A model generated the notes under the pieces. The model saw nothing but the letters and a program-made list of their open reading frames with translations, did not search any database and was not told the DNA's origin. This document shows, piece by piece, positions 30,870-42,924 of a stretch of 64,000 nucleotides of DNA (its first letter is position 1; the number at the start of each line of letters is the position of its first letter). The stretch lies in NCBI RefSeq assembly GCF_009914755.1, contig NC_060939.1; one strand, written 5' to 3'. Source of the stretch: the human T2T-CHM13v2.0 reference genome, Homo sapiens. The position numbers and the translations under genes were made by a program.

Positions 30870-31619
30870 TCAGCCACACAGACGAGCTGTTTCCTGAAAG
30901 AAATAAAGCTGTAGGGGTGAGAAAGACCTTGAATAAACATGAATGTGTCCCCGACGTGTTTCTGGACTTTGTCAGGTTGGGTGGTGTCTCATTGCCAAAT
31001 TGGGAAGAGCTGGTAATGCTTTTTTTTTCTTTCTTTCTTCTTTTTTATTTTTTTTGCTACTGAATTAACACAAATGCATGCGTGAGAATATACACAGATT
31101 TGTCTGATACTCAGTAATGGTCTCTGAGGTTGGCAACAAGAACGTCATGTCTGCATAATTAATCAGTTGTTGACATGGATGTTTTCTGCATATGTCGGTT
31201 GCACTGGTGTTATAAGGTGTGAGCATTGTTGGGCTATGTCTCACTGGGCAGAAGCATGGCCAGGAGAACAGCCAGGGACAGCAGGATGGCAGAGGCCCCC
31301 ACTGGTCCAGGAGGCAGGAGGTGCTTGGGGAGCAGCCATGCTCGGGCCTGGCCAGGCTGGAGCTGGAGGGCTGTGGAGGCAGAGTACTTGGACCAAGGAG
31401 GAAAGGGTCACTCTACTGCCTTGGGTAGAGGCAGATGGACTCCAGCGTCCTGCAGGTCCCAGCCAGGTTCCTAGAGAGTATAGACCCTTTGAAATCTCCA
31501 AGGAAGATGGCAAGATCCAACTTGTCAGTTTAGATAATCAGAAAAAAAAAGTGATTCTTTAAGGAACCTAGACCTACTCTGGTCTGCCCTGAACACTCTA
31601 TTTAAAGCTGCAATTTATA

Positions 31620-31832
31620 CCCCATCTCCCAGCACTTTGGATTTCCTTTTCCCATATGACATAGTATACAATTTACTTCTCTATTATGTTTATTTCTGCT
31701 TCCCCAAGTTAGAATATGAGCTCCTTGGGAAAAGTGATTCTTGTCTGTTTTGTTGACTGTTGAACTCTCAGTAGCAAAAATAGTACTTGGCACATAGTAG
31801 GTGCTTAATAAACATATGCTGAGTGATTGAAT
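31620..31832 (+). mobile_element. L2 3' end
   Basis: TGGCACATAGTAGGTGCTTAATAAACATATGCTGAGTG. Confidence 0.8.
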
Positions 31833-32979
31833 GGGTCCTGTGAACCCCAAGAATTAACCTAACACTCCATTCTTTTGAGATTCTCCCCCCGCAACCATTT
31901 GGGTAAAATAAAATATTTATTTGTACTTAATTTAAAAGACAAAGATGCCTTTTCTCTGCCAGAGAGATAATGATGAGTGTTAGTGGTGAAGAGGCTGTGG
32001 GAAAATACATGCTTCACTGGAGGATCAAAGTGCAGATTCCACTGCCTAGATGGGGCCCTGAGAGCATGTTCTTCTTCAACACGGAATTCCTGTCAGGGCG
32101 TGGAAGCGATTTTTGGGAAAGACCAAGATCCACCAGAAAACACCTCCCTTCTGCACCGCACTTTTTCTGGTAGCTCTCACAAACAGCACTTCCTCTCACC
32201 AACAGTGACTCATGCCCCTCGGATAACAAATAACCAGCATTCTCTCTCTCCTGAGTGCTTTGGTGGGAACGGAACGGTGTCACCCCTCACCGAGTGGCTA
32301 GACCAGGAGGAGGGGGAGGCTGGCGGAGAGTGAGGTAGGGAGTTTACAATTTATCAAGATTTGAGACAAACACCTCGTTTTTTTCTCTAGCAATGGAGCC
32401 CTGTTCATAGAATACTATTTTCAGTTTTTTTCCTGGGGAACTTTAAAGTAGACTTATTTCCATGTGACATTTTGCTAATTGAGGCTGTTTCCAATAGGTC
32501 AGCTTACTTCAAGGTCTTGAAAAATGGACTCTTAAGTAAAATTTTTGGGGGGCGGGCTCTAGGGAAAGAGGATCTGCATTGTGTATATTGGCAGGGCAAG
32601 GCTTTCTTTCCGCTCCCCATTCGGAGGAATAGTTGAGTTTTTAAATAACCCCTTGTGAAATGCCAGCATGCTACTCAGCCAGAGCCTTTGGGCCTTCTGT
32701 GGTGCAGAGAATATTCAGACAGCAGGCATGCAGGCTCTGCGGGGAGAGGGCCAACCTGGGCTGGCTTTCCTACAAAAGATGTTAGTTACTGAAGGTCTTC
32801 CATGTATAAAGCCCAGTGCTGAGCACTAAAGAACGTTCAGATATGTAGAGAAGTCATACAACTCCATGTTTAGGTTTTCTCCTTTTGGGGAACTGAAAGG
32901 TGAAATGTGTTCTAGCAAGATCTTTTCACTGATTAATCTGGGCCCTGCTTGCCAATGCTAACTAGGGATGTGGGAGTCA

Positions 32980-33636
32980 GTGTGTGTGCTATGTGGTGTA
33001 TATGTATTTGGAGTATTTGTGGCGTGTGCATGTATGTAGTGTGTGGGGTGTGTGTGTGGTATGTGTGCATGTGTGGTGTGTGTGTGTGGGGGTATATTTG
33101 TGGTGTAGGTATGTGTGTGTGTATGTATGTAGCATGTGATGTGCATGATATGTGCATGATACGTTTGTGGTGTGTGTGTATGTGTGTAATGTGTGGTATA
33201 TGTGTGTGTATGTGTGGTGTGTGGTGTGTATGGATGGTGTGTGTGGGGTATGTTAGGTGTGTGTGTGTGTATGTAGTGTGTGGTATGTGGTGTGTGTGCA
33301 TTGTATGTGTTAGGTGTGTAGTGTGTGGTGTGTGAGTACATTCAGTGTTTGGTGTATGTGTGGTATATTTGTGGTGTGTGTGTATATATAGTGCGTGGTG
33401 TGTGTGGGGGTATGTTTGTGGTGTGTGTGTATATGTGTAATGTGTGGTATGTGATTGTGTATGTGCATGTGTGTGTGGTATGTGGTGTATGTGTGTAGTG
33501 TGTTATATGTGTTTGTGTATGTGTGTTGTCTGTGTATGGTATGTTTGTGGTATGTATATGTGTAATGTGTGGTTATGTGTTTGTGTATGTGTGTGTATGT
33601 GGTATGTATTTTTTCTGTGTGTGTGGTATGCGTGCA

Positions 33637-33677
<41 letters not shown>
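32980..33677. repeat. ~700-bp degenerate (TG)-rich low-complexity tract ending in a pure (TG)n run
   Basis: TGTGTG/GTATGT/TGTGG units; pure TG run at ~33642-33677. Confidence 0.95.
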
Positions 33678-33678
<1 letters not shown>

Positions 33679-34650
33679 TGGTGGGGTCTTTGAGAAGGGG
33701 AGGGAAGGAGAGAGAGGGAGAGAGAAAATTCCAGAGAAAATGCATGTTTTGTGGCAGAAGGAGGAGTGGTGCTATGAAAATTCCAGTTTGCTAAAGAGAT
33801 TCTTCCTGTGATAGATTTAAACTCCGGGAAGGAGCCTGTCCATGTAAACAGCTCATTCTGAGTAAGGGAAGCACTCGCAAGGCCCTGCCCACCTCACTGA
33901 CCTAGGAGGGGAGGAGAAGGGCCCGGGGCTCATATTTCTTTTGAAAATGTGACCCAGAGTGAAGCTGAAGTTCAAAACTACATGGTATTTTGGCTGAGGT
34001 GTATCCAGACTTTATTCAAATGTTAGGTCTTTTAAATGAACAATATTAGAAGAACATATAATTAATTGATGGTAAATAGAGAAAAAGAATCTTAAATCCC
34101 TGGAAATAATTTTTTTTATCTTGGAAAAAAATGTGAAAAGTCCTTTTCTTTTAAACCCTCCCTTCCAATCCTGCCAAAGTAAATGTATTTTATATTTCAT
34201 CAGGAAGGTTTTGGACACTTAAGACTGAAAAGTCTCATAATGACCGCATTCTACTTGAAAAACCAAAATGATCTGGAAGGTTTATTTTTTAACTTTTGTT
34301 TCAGGTTCAAGGAACCAAATGTACATCATGGTTTTTTTTTGAAGAAAAATGTGTTGGGTGCACTGAGTTTAAGTACTGCTGGTTAACTTGACTTTCCCTC
34401 ATGGGCCTTGGAAGCTACAAACTGTAAAGTCCCATGTGCCATCCAGGCCAGGGGGAATAGCCCCTGAGGCCCCAGAGGAATACAGAGAATGTATCCCTTG
34501 CAGACTGTGGCTGGCGTTGAGCCTGGGGATTCTGCCTGATTTGCCTGGAAGATACGCTTCCTGACTCATGGAATATTGACATTTAAAGGGACCTTTCACT
34601 TGTAGGAGTGATCCTAACTTCCCATTCAAATACTAAAGTCTTCCTGGCCG

Positions 34651-34793
34651 ATCTTGGTTTGTCACCCAGGCTGGAGTGTGGTGACATGATCACCGCTCAC
34701 TGCAGTGCGGCCTTGACCTCCTGGACTCAAGTGATCCTCCTGCCTCGGCTTCCCTAAGTGCTGGGATTACAGGCATGAGTCACCACGCCCTGC
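34651..34793 (-). mobile_element. Monomeric AluJ/FRAM-like fragment without a tail
   Basis: Right-arm 3' sequence joined to left-arm-type AAGTGCTGGGATTACAGGCATGAG. Confidence 0.8.
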
Positions 34794-35640
34794 TTTGGTT
34801 GCTGTTAATAGAGATAGGCCTACCTATGCATTAATATTCCTGACAGTGACCTTACATGGTGTCTGGCTAAGCGCTGGTGTCATGGGAAGAGTCCAGCAAT
34901 AATGGCTCAGGGCTTTGCCTTCTTGGCATTTAGCCTTTGCCCAACCTGTTAAAATCTGTTGGAATCTCAGTTCTTCCATCTAGCATCTTACCTTCTTGTG
35001 TCGTCTGTCAGTGTAGATTTGAAGCGTCTGAGAGTGTATTCCTTGAATCCTTAGTGGCCAAGATGACGACATGTCAAATGAGGAACTATAATTGGGTAAA
35101 TTTGCCATCAGCCTGGATAGGTAGAGGGCTCAGGCCTCAGCCCTATTCCTGTTCAGTGTTTGTAGCAGTGACAAGGAGGCAGATTGTGAGCATGCCCCAC
35201 AAATTTGGGCTGACGTGAAGCAGGGGGAGAGTGCTGCATATCCTGATAAATGGAGTCCAGATCTAAAACAGTCTTGAGATGCCAAATCTAAAGAGAAAGT
35301 GAATGGCAGGAAAGTGTGCAGTTGGGTTCTCAATCCAGAGTGCAGTGACATGGCTTAGCAATGGCATGTGGGAGAAAGGCTAGGTCCCTTCACTGACCGA
35401 GGTTCTGTAGACGTTAGCAGTGTGATATTTGGCTGTGTTTGTGCTCTGGAGAGAGATGGGTGTGAGAGCTCACACCAGGTTAGGAGAAGTGTTCAGACTG
35501 GCTTGTTTAATTGCAATGGGAATCACATTGTGTTTGTTTTAACTGGTGACTGCTTAACTTTTGAGGCACATTGGATTCTGCTCTTGAATCTAGGAATACC
35601 CTCTTCTCCCCTGCTTCTCTTTCTTCCCATTACATCAATC

Positions 35641-36618
35641 TGAGAAATAGGAAAAAACAAAACACTAAAGTGCTTTTTCATACTGTCCATTTTCCACTCA
35701 ACACAGCACTTGTGTGGAGGTATTTCTGTACACAGCAAGCTATTCACTGGACACCACTGGGTATCCTCTATTTCAATTCAATTCTGAGACTATCTACCTA
35801 GAGATAGTATCAGACCCCACAGGTTAAGGGCTCCATCCCACAAGACTGCCCTTCACACGCCAATCTCAAGCAGTAGGTTGAGTATAGGTTATCACTTATA
35901 CTTCTGACAAACAGGCTATAAATTGAGCCTCTCCTTGGCTTTGACTAATTTGCCAGAGCAGCTTGGAGAGCTAAATGAAACACTTTACTTACATCTTCTA
36001 GCTTATAAAGGGATAGAATAAAGGATAAAGATGAATGCCCAGATGAAGAGATACGTAGGGTGAGGTCTGGAAGGAGGTCCCAAGTGCAGGAGTTGGGGTG
36101 TGCCACCTCCAGGCACACAGATATGTTCACCAACTCAGAAACTCCCTGAACCCAATCCTTCTGAGTTTTCATGGAGGCTTCATTACCCAGGCATGGTTGA
36201 TGACCTCATTGGCCATTAGTATCAGCTCAACTTTCAGCACCTCTCCCTTCACCAGAGGTTGGGGGTGAGGACTGAAAGTTCCAACCCTCTAATCACTTGA
36301 TTGGTTCCCCTGGCAACCAGCCCCCATCCTGAGGCTATCCAGGGGTCCACCAAGAGTAACCTCATTAGAACAAAAGATGCTTCTAGCACCCAGGAAATTC
36401 CAAGGAATTTAGGGGCTGAGTCAGATGCCCCTGTCACTCAGGAAATCACAAAGCCTTAGGAGCTCTGTGTCAGGAACTGCAGTCAAAGACCAAATAGTAG
36501 AACAAAAGATTCTCCTATGGCCCCTATTGCTCACAAAATTACAAGGATTTTAGGAGCTCTATGTCAAGAACCTTAGTCAGAGGCCACATATATATTTCTA
36601 TTATATCATAATATCACA
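35641..36618 (-). mobile_element. MER21-family ERV solo LTR
   Basis: TCAATTCAATTCTGAGACTATCTACCTAGAGATAG and CCCACAAGACTGCCC; the right end reads TGTGATATTATGATATAAT on the minus strand. Confidence 0.8.
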
Positions 36619-37179
36619 ATCAAGCAGAACTTTCACCCAGCTTTCATAGTTATTCTTGACCCTTTACAATGTGTAGATCAAGGTCTAGAATGCTCAACTC
36701 TTGTCCTTGACTAGCCATCCCATATACACTTCCTCCTGCTCAAGTCAAATCCTTCAGCTGGATGGGGATGTGGAGACACAGCTGTATCCCCACGTCTCAT
36801 ATTCATAGTCCCTGGAGGTGCTGTCTGGATTCCTCCTGACCTTGTCCCTGGTGACTCAGCAGCTGTGGACAGTGGCTGGTGGAGATGATGCATTTTGGCA
36901 GCTTCTCTCCTAGGCCTGGCTCAGTGCCCTGGGAAGATCGCACACTTCCTGATCCAGGCTTGTTCCTCCTGCTTTCCCTCCAACTTTTGCTACTTAAGGG
37001 CCCTGACCCCTTTGGTCACCCCATCCTGTGAGGGCCACATGCCACTGAGTCTTCCTGACATTTAGGAAGTCAACTTCCATCTGGCTGGAAATGTCCAACG
37101 CATGTTTGGTATGATGCTTGCTTTCTGAAGCCGTGTGTGAACTCAGCCATTTCTCCTAAGGGAAGGCCCAATTTTTCTA

Positions 37180-38535
37180 AGAAAAACTGCACCATAACTA
37201 CCCTTGTCAAAGTCAACGTTGACTTCCCTGTTGCTAGATCCAAGGGATACTTCTCTGGCCTCATCTTCCTCAGTTTCTTAGCAGCATTCAAGACACTTGA
37301 CTATTCTGTTTGACGCTAAATCTTCCCATGACCTAATATAGGGTGTTTTCCTTTTTATTCTACTCTAATTGATGTTCATTTTTAGTCTCTTCTGCTTGCT
37401 CCTCCTCTTCTACTTAATTTCAAATATTAGAATTGAGGGTGTCAGGCAAAGCCCTCTTGCCTGCCAAACTCTTTCTCTAGGGAGTGGCTTTTCTGGTATA
37501 ATGGTTGTAAATATATGTAAATATACATACATACATACATACATTATGAAAATGTTAAGTGATGACTTCCAAATCCCTATCTCCAGCGTCAGATTTCCTT
37601 TCTGAGCTCTGGACTTGCATATTGAATGGCAAACTCAAGCTCTTCACATGGATGTTTTATGGACACCTCCAACTTAACATGACTCAAACAGAACTGTTGA
37701 CTCTATCCTCACCAACAAATCAATTTCTGCCTCAGGGCTATCCATCCATTACAATTCCTTTACAGCCATTGCTCAAGCCAAAAACCCAGAAGTCACCCTT
37801 GATTCCTCCCTTTTCCTCCCTCATCAGAGAGCTTTGTTGGTTCTACTTCTAATCCATGCACCTCTCCCCTTCTCTACTGCCATCATCCCAGTCCAAGGAA
37901 CCATCCCTTTTCACCTGGGTTAGTACCAACAGCCTTCCAACTAGTCTTTGTGATTCCACTTTACCTTCTTCTAGCTCAGTCTCCACAAAGCAGTCAGTGT
38001 TGTTTAAATACTCTTCTATTGTTCTCCGTCTCCTTACCATAAGGCTTTAAATGTCTTGGGTGGCTTTTCCCTTCCTTCTTTATCCATTTCGTGCCACTGT
38101 TACTTGTCCGCACTGAATTCAGCCACACTCTAGTTCTTCCAATTCACTGACTTCCTTTCCACTTTGGAGCTTTTGTACTTGCTCTTCTTTTGCCGGTAAT
38201 ACTCATCCTTAGCTTTTTCCATAACTGGCTCCTCCTGTTTGAGGTATCATCTGAAATCTTATCTTCCCATGGATGCCTTTTTTGACCATCTTATCTAAAA
38301 TTGAACAGTCCTCTCCCAACATTATTCTCATATCACCTTGTTTATTTCCTTTAGAACTTAGAATGTTAGTTTTCTTATTTATGTATTTGTTTACTTATTT
38401 TACTATGTATCTCCACCTCTAGGATGTAACCTCCATGAAAATAGGAACCTGATCTTTTTTGTTCCTCATTGTATCTATCGCACTGAGAACTGTGCCAGGC
38501 ATATATTAGGTGCTCAATAAATATGTGTTGAATGC
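37180..38535 (+). mobile_element. L2 3' portion
   Basis: CACCTCCAACTTAACATGACTCAAACAGAACT and terminal GGTGCTCAATAAATATGTGTTGAATG. Confidence 0.85.
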
Positions 38536-38896
38536 ATGGTCAACTGAATATAAGCATCACACTGGAAGGTCCACTATATGCGGGAAGCTGTTTTAAGGTG
38601 GCGATCTTTGACTGCTTCCACTCTGGTAAATGGATCTGTCCAGGTATTGGCACATGGCTGCTAACAGGTTCCAGCCCTGGCTGTAAGCCTGCGTCTGTTC
38701 CTCAAACTCACTGACCTCCTTTCTATTTTAGGGCTTTTGCACTTGTTCTTTTTTTGTGTGCCAGGAATAGTCACTGTCAGATTTGGTGATTGGTTAGTCT
38801 CCTAACTCTCAGAGCTATAGTTTACTCATTTTTAAAATAAGGAGTTTGACCTAGATGACTTCTAAGGTCTCTTTAGGTATTTAAAATGATGATTCT

Positions 38897-39203
38897 GGCT
38901 GGGCGCGGTGGCTCATGCCTGTAATCCCAGCACTTTGGGAGGCCAAGGCGGGCAGGTCGCCTGAGATTAGGTGTTCGAGACCAGCCTGGCCAACATGGTG
39001 AAACCCCGTCTCTACTAAAAATACAAAAATTATCCAGGCATGGTGGTGGGCACTTGTAATCCCAGCTACTAGGAAGGCTGAGGCAGGAGAATTGCTTGAA
39101 CCTGTGAGGCGGAGAGTGCAGTGAGCTGAAATCACGTCACTCAATTCCAGCCTGGGTGACAGAGCAAGACTCCGTCTAAAAAAAATTAAAGTAAAAAAAA
39201 TAA
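38897..39203 (+). mobile_element. AluSx-like
   Basis: Full dimer; TSD AAAATGATGATT / AAAGTGATGATT. Confidence 0.95.
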
Positions 39204-39886
39204 AGTGATGATTGAAGCCAGTAAGAGCAATTAGCAATAGTGGTGCTAAATCTCTCACATAAATGAAATTTAATAAGAAAGTCTTCAAATTATTTTAACA
39301 GTCTAGTGCTATCTAAGCCATCTAGTCTAGTGGAGTTATCTCTTCTATATTCCTTGACAGAATGATGTTGATTTCCCTTTCTAAAACACAGTATTCAGAG
39401 GGACGTTTTAGCGTAAACTATAGTTCCTGCTGCAGTTTGAGAATGAGTCCATTGGAGCAGCAGAGGTGTCAGAGGAATATGTTTACTCCCTGCTTCTCCT
39501 GTTTGCAGAGAGCAATTTTCTTAGAGTAACACCTGTGGCCTCTTAATTTATTTCTGACTCATTTCTTCCCAAGCAGGGGGAGTGAGGTATCCAGTCGGGG
39601 GTATAGTCACAGATCCATGTATTTTTGACTGGATGGGGCTAAGCACTGCAGATTCTATCTCCTTTATTACTTTCCTCCTTGAAGCAATCAAGGCAGTGAT
39701 CCTGGTAAACCCTCTACCTCCTCAGTCTTCCCTTGGACAGGCTCTCCCAGGAGGTGGGTGATAGTGTGATGGTAGCAAGTCCATTGGGTCATCATATCCC
39801 AGCCATATTCCCCTAAAGAGGGTGTCCTTTCTGACCCCCTCAGACTCCAACCATTGTGATTTATGTCCAGTGATTCAGATGCCAGG

Positions 39887-42161
39887 TAATATGGTTTGAT
39901 TCTGTGTCCCCACCCAAATCTCATCTTCAATTGTGCTCTCATAATTCCCACATGCTGTGGGAGAGACCCGGTGGGAGATAATTTGAATCATGGGGGAGGT
40001 ATCCCCCATACTGTTCTCATGGCAGTGAATAAGTCTCACAAGATCTGATGGCTTTATCAATGGTTTCCACTTTGCATCCCTTCATTTTCTCTTGCCACCA
40101 TCATGTAAGAAGTGCCTTTTGCCTCCTGCCATGATTCTGAGGCCTCCCCAGCCATGTCGAACTGTAAGTCCAATTAAACCTCTTTTTCTTCCCAGTCTCG
40201 AGTATGTCATTACCAGCAGCATGAAATTGGACTAATTCAGTAAATTGGCACCAGTGGAATCGGGTGCTGCTGAAAAGATACCTGAAAATGTAGAAGCAAC
40301 TTTGGAACTGGGTAACAAGCAGAGGTTGGAACAGTTTGGAGGGCTCAGAAGAAGACAGGAAAATGTGGGAAAGTTTGGAACTCCGGAGAGACTTGTTGAT
40401 TGCCTTTACCAAAATGCTGATAATGATATGAATGAAAAGGTCCAGGCTGAGGTGGTCTCAGATAGAGATGAGGAACTTCTTGGGAACTGGAGCAAAGGTG
40501 ACTCTTGTTATGTTTTGGCAAAGAGACTGGTGGCATTTTGCCCCTGCCCTAGAGATTTGTGGAACTTTGAACTTGAGAGAGAAGATTTAGGGTACCCGGT
40601 GGAAGAAATTTCTAAGCAGCAAAGCATTCAAGAGATGACTTGGATACTGTTAAAGGCATTCAGTTTAAAAAGGGAAACAGAACATAAAAGTTCAGAAAAT
40701 TTGCAGCCTGACTATGCAATAGAAAAGAAAAACCCATTTTCTGGGGAAAAATTCAAGCTGGCTGCAGAAATTTCCATAAGTAGTAAGGAGCCTAATGCTA
40801 ATTCCCAGAACTATGGGGAAAATGTCTCCAGGGCATGTCAGAGACCTTCATGGCAGCCCCTCCCATTACAGGCCTGGAGGCCCAAGAGGAAAAAGTGGTT
40901 TTGCGGGCTGGGCCCTGGGTCCCTTGGCTGTGTGCATCCTAGGGACCTGGTGCCCTGTGTCCCAGCTGCTCCAGCTATGGCTGAAAGGGGCCAATGTAGA
41001 GCTCGGGCTGTGGCTTCAGAGGGTGGAAGCCCCAAGTCTTGGCATCTTCCTTGTGATGTTGAGCCTGCAACAGAAGTCAAGAATTGAGGTTTGGGAACCT
41101 CTGCCCAGATTTCAGAGGTTGTATGGAAACACCTGGATGCCCAGGCAAAAGTTTGCTGCAGGGGCGGGGCCCTCATGAAGAACCTGTGCAATAGCAGTAC
41201 GGAAGGGAAATGTGGGGTCGGAGCCCCCATACAGAGTTCCTACTGGGGCACTGCCTAGTGGAGCTGTGAGAAGAGGGCTACTGTCCTCCAGACCCCAGAA
41301 TGGTAGATCCACTGACAGCTTGGACCATGTTCCTCGAAGAGCCACAGACATTCAACGCCTGCCTGTGAAAACAGCTGGGAGAGAGGCCATACCCTGAAAA
41401 GCCACAAGGGTGGAGTTGCCCAAGACCATGAGAACCCACCTCTTGCCTCAGCGTGACCTGGACATGAGACCTGGAGTGAAAGGAGATCATTTTGGAGCTT
41501 TAAAATTTGACCGCCCCACTAGATTTTGGACTTGCATGTGCCCTGTAACTCCTTTGTTTTGGCCAATTTCTCCCATTTGGAATGGCTGTGTTTATCCAAT
41601 ACCTATACCCTCATTGTATCTAGGAAGTAACTAGCTTGCTTTTGAATTTACAGGCTTATAGGCAGAAGTGACTTGCCTTGTCTCAAATGAGACTTTGGAC
41701 TGTGGACTTTTTGGTTAATGCTGAAATTAGTTAAGACTTTGGGGGACTGTTGGGAAGGCATGATTGGTTTTGAAATGTGAGGACATGAGATTTGGAGGGG
41801 CCAGGGGTGGAGTGATATGGTTTGGCTCTGTGTCCCCACTCAAATCTCATCTTGAATTGTACTCCTATAATTCCCATGTGTTGTGGGAGGGACCCGGTGG
41901 GAGATAATTTGAATCATAGGGACAGTTTCCCCCATACTGTTCTCGTGATAGTGAATAAGTCTCACGAGATCTGATGGTTTTATCAGGGGTTTCCGCTTTT
42001 GCATCCCTCTCACTTTCTCTTGTGGCCGTCATGTCGGAAGTGCCTTTCACCTCCTGCCATGATACTGAGGCCTCCCCAGCCACGTGGAACTCTAAGTCCA
42101 ATTAAACCTCTTTTTCTTCCCAGTCTCGGGTATGTAGTTATCAGCAGCATGAAAACGGACT
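39887..42161 (+). mobile_element. THE1A MaLR provirus: 5' LTR 39887-40239, internal 40240-41812, 3' LTR 41813-42161
   Basis: Two direct ~350-bp LTRs with THE1A-type TTATCAGGGGTTTCCGCTTTTGCATC; the internal region carries the MaLR ORF (…WSKGDSCYVLAKRLVAFCPCPRDLWNFELE…); purine tract before the 3' LTR; last ~6 nt of the 3' LTR missing. Confidence 0.93.
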
Positions 42162-42199
42162 GGGGTATGAGCTTTCCATGAACTAAACACAGTCTACAA

Positions 42200-42400
42200 T
42201 ATGCATGTTTATTTAAGCTTGGATTTTTAAACAAAGCATTATGAAGAAAAAGTCTCAAAGGAAATACACCAAAACAATTAACAGTGGTTATTACAGGTTG
42301 AAAAGATTATGGGTGATTTTATTTTCTTCTGTGCTCATTTATATGTTCTAAAGTTTCTACAATGAAGTGCATTTTTGTTGTAGTATGGGAGAAAATTTTT
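42200..42400 (+). mobile_element. L1ME 3'-end fragment
   Basis: GGAAATACACCAAAACAATTAACAGTGGTTAT...TTTCTACAATGAA. Confidence 0.65.
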
Positions 42401-42804
42401 GTTTCTCACTCCTTTGCCAAAAAAAAAAAAAAAACAAAAAAGGAAGAAGAAAAGAAAATCCTAAAAACAATAGATTTGCAACAACAAGACAAAGTTAACT
42501 ACTCTGTGACTGAATTGCTGGAAGATGGGGAGCAGAGGTAGCGGGGAGGGGGAGAGAGGCAGGTGTCAGAGAATAAATGCCATGGCTGCCAGTTTGATTC
42601 GGGCCACTGTGATATCCTGGCCTAACAGTGCCCTGACACACCTGGTGTGCCTCACCCTGGTCTTTGCCAAGAGAGGTCACTTCCCTTTTTGTTTCTTGGT
42701 ACAGCTATTAATGGTGGATTCTCCTGGAATGGCCTTCTTGGACTTTACCTGTCAGGGGGTCCTTACTGGAGCCTTATTTGTGACCAAATGATCTTGTTTT
42801 TCAG

Positions 42805-42924
42805 ACCACAGCTGAGAAATCTCCTGGAGCCTATTTCCTTCCCGAGTTTGCACTTTCTCCTCAGGGAAGTTTTCTGGAAGACACAACAGGGGAGCAGTTC
42901 CTCACTTATCGCTATGATGACCAG
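42805..42924 (+). CDS. ADAMTSL3: ADAMTSL3 (punctin-2) internal coding exon, 120 nt, phase 0/0, about residues 24-63 (second coding exon)
   Basis: Acceptor TCTTGTTTTTCAG| and donor CAG|GTAAGA bound 40 open codons, TTAEKSPGAYFLPEFALSPQGSFLEDTTGEQFLTYRYDDQ. This matches the ADAMTSL3 N-terminus as I recall it (…HSPLPQ-TTAEK…YDDQ-TSRNTR…). Not in the supplied ORF track. Confidence 0.95.

Noticed and set aside
32933-33811. Cys/Val- and His/Thr-rich ORFs
   Set aside because: Artefacts of the TG-rich tract.
39975-39992. DUX4-like site in the THE1 LTR
   Set aside because: It reads TAATTTGAATCA, with spacing one base longer than the 11-bp DUX4 motif.
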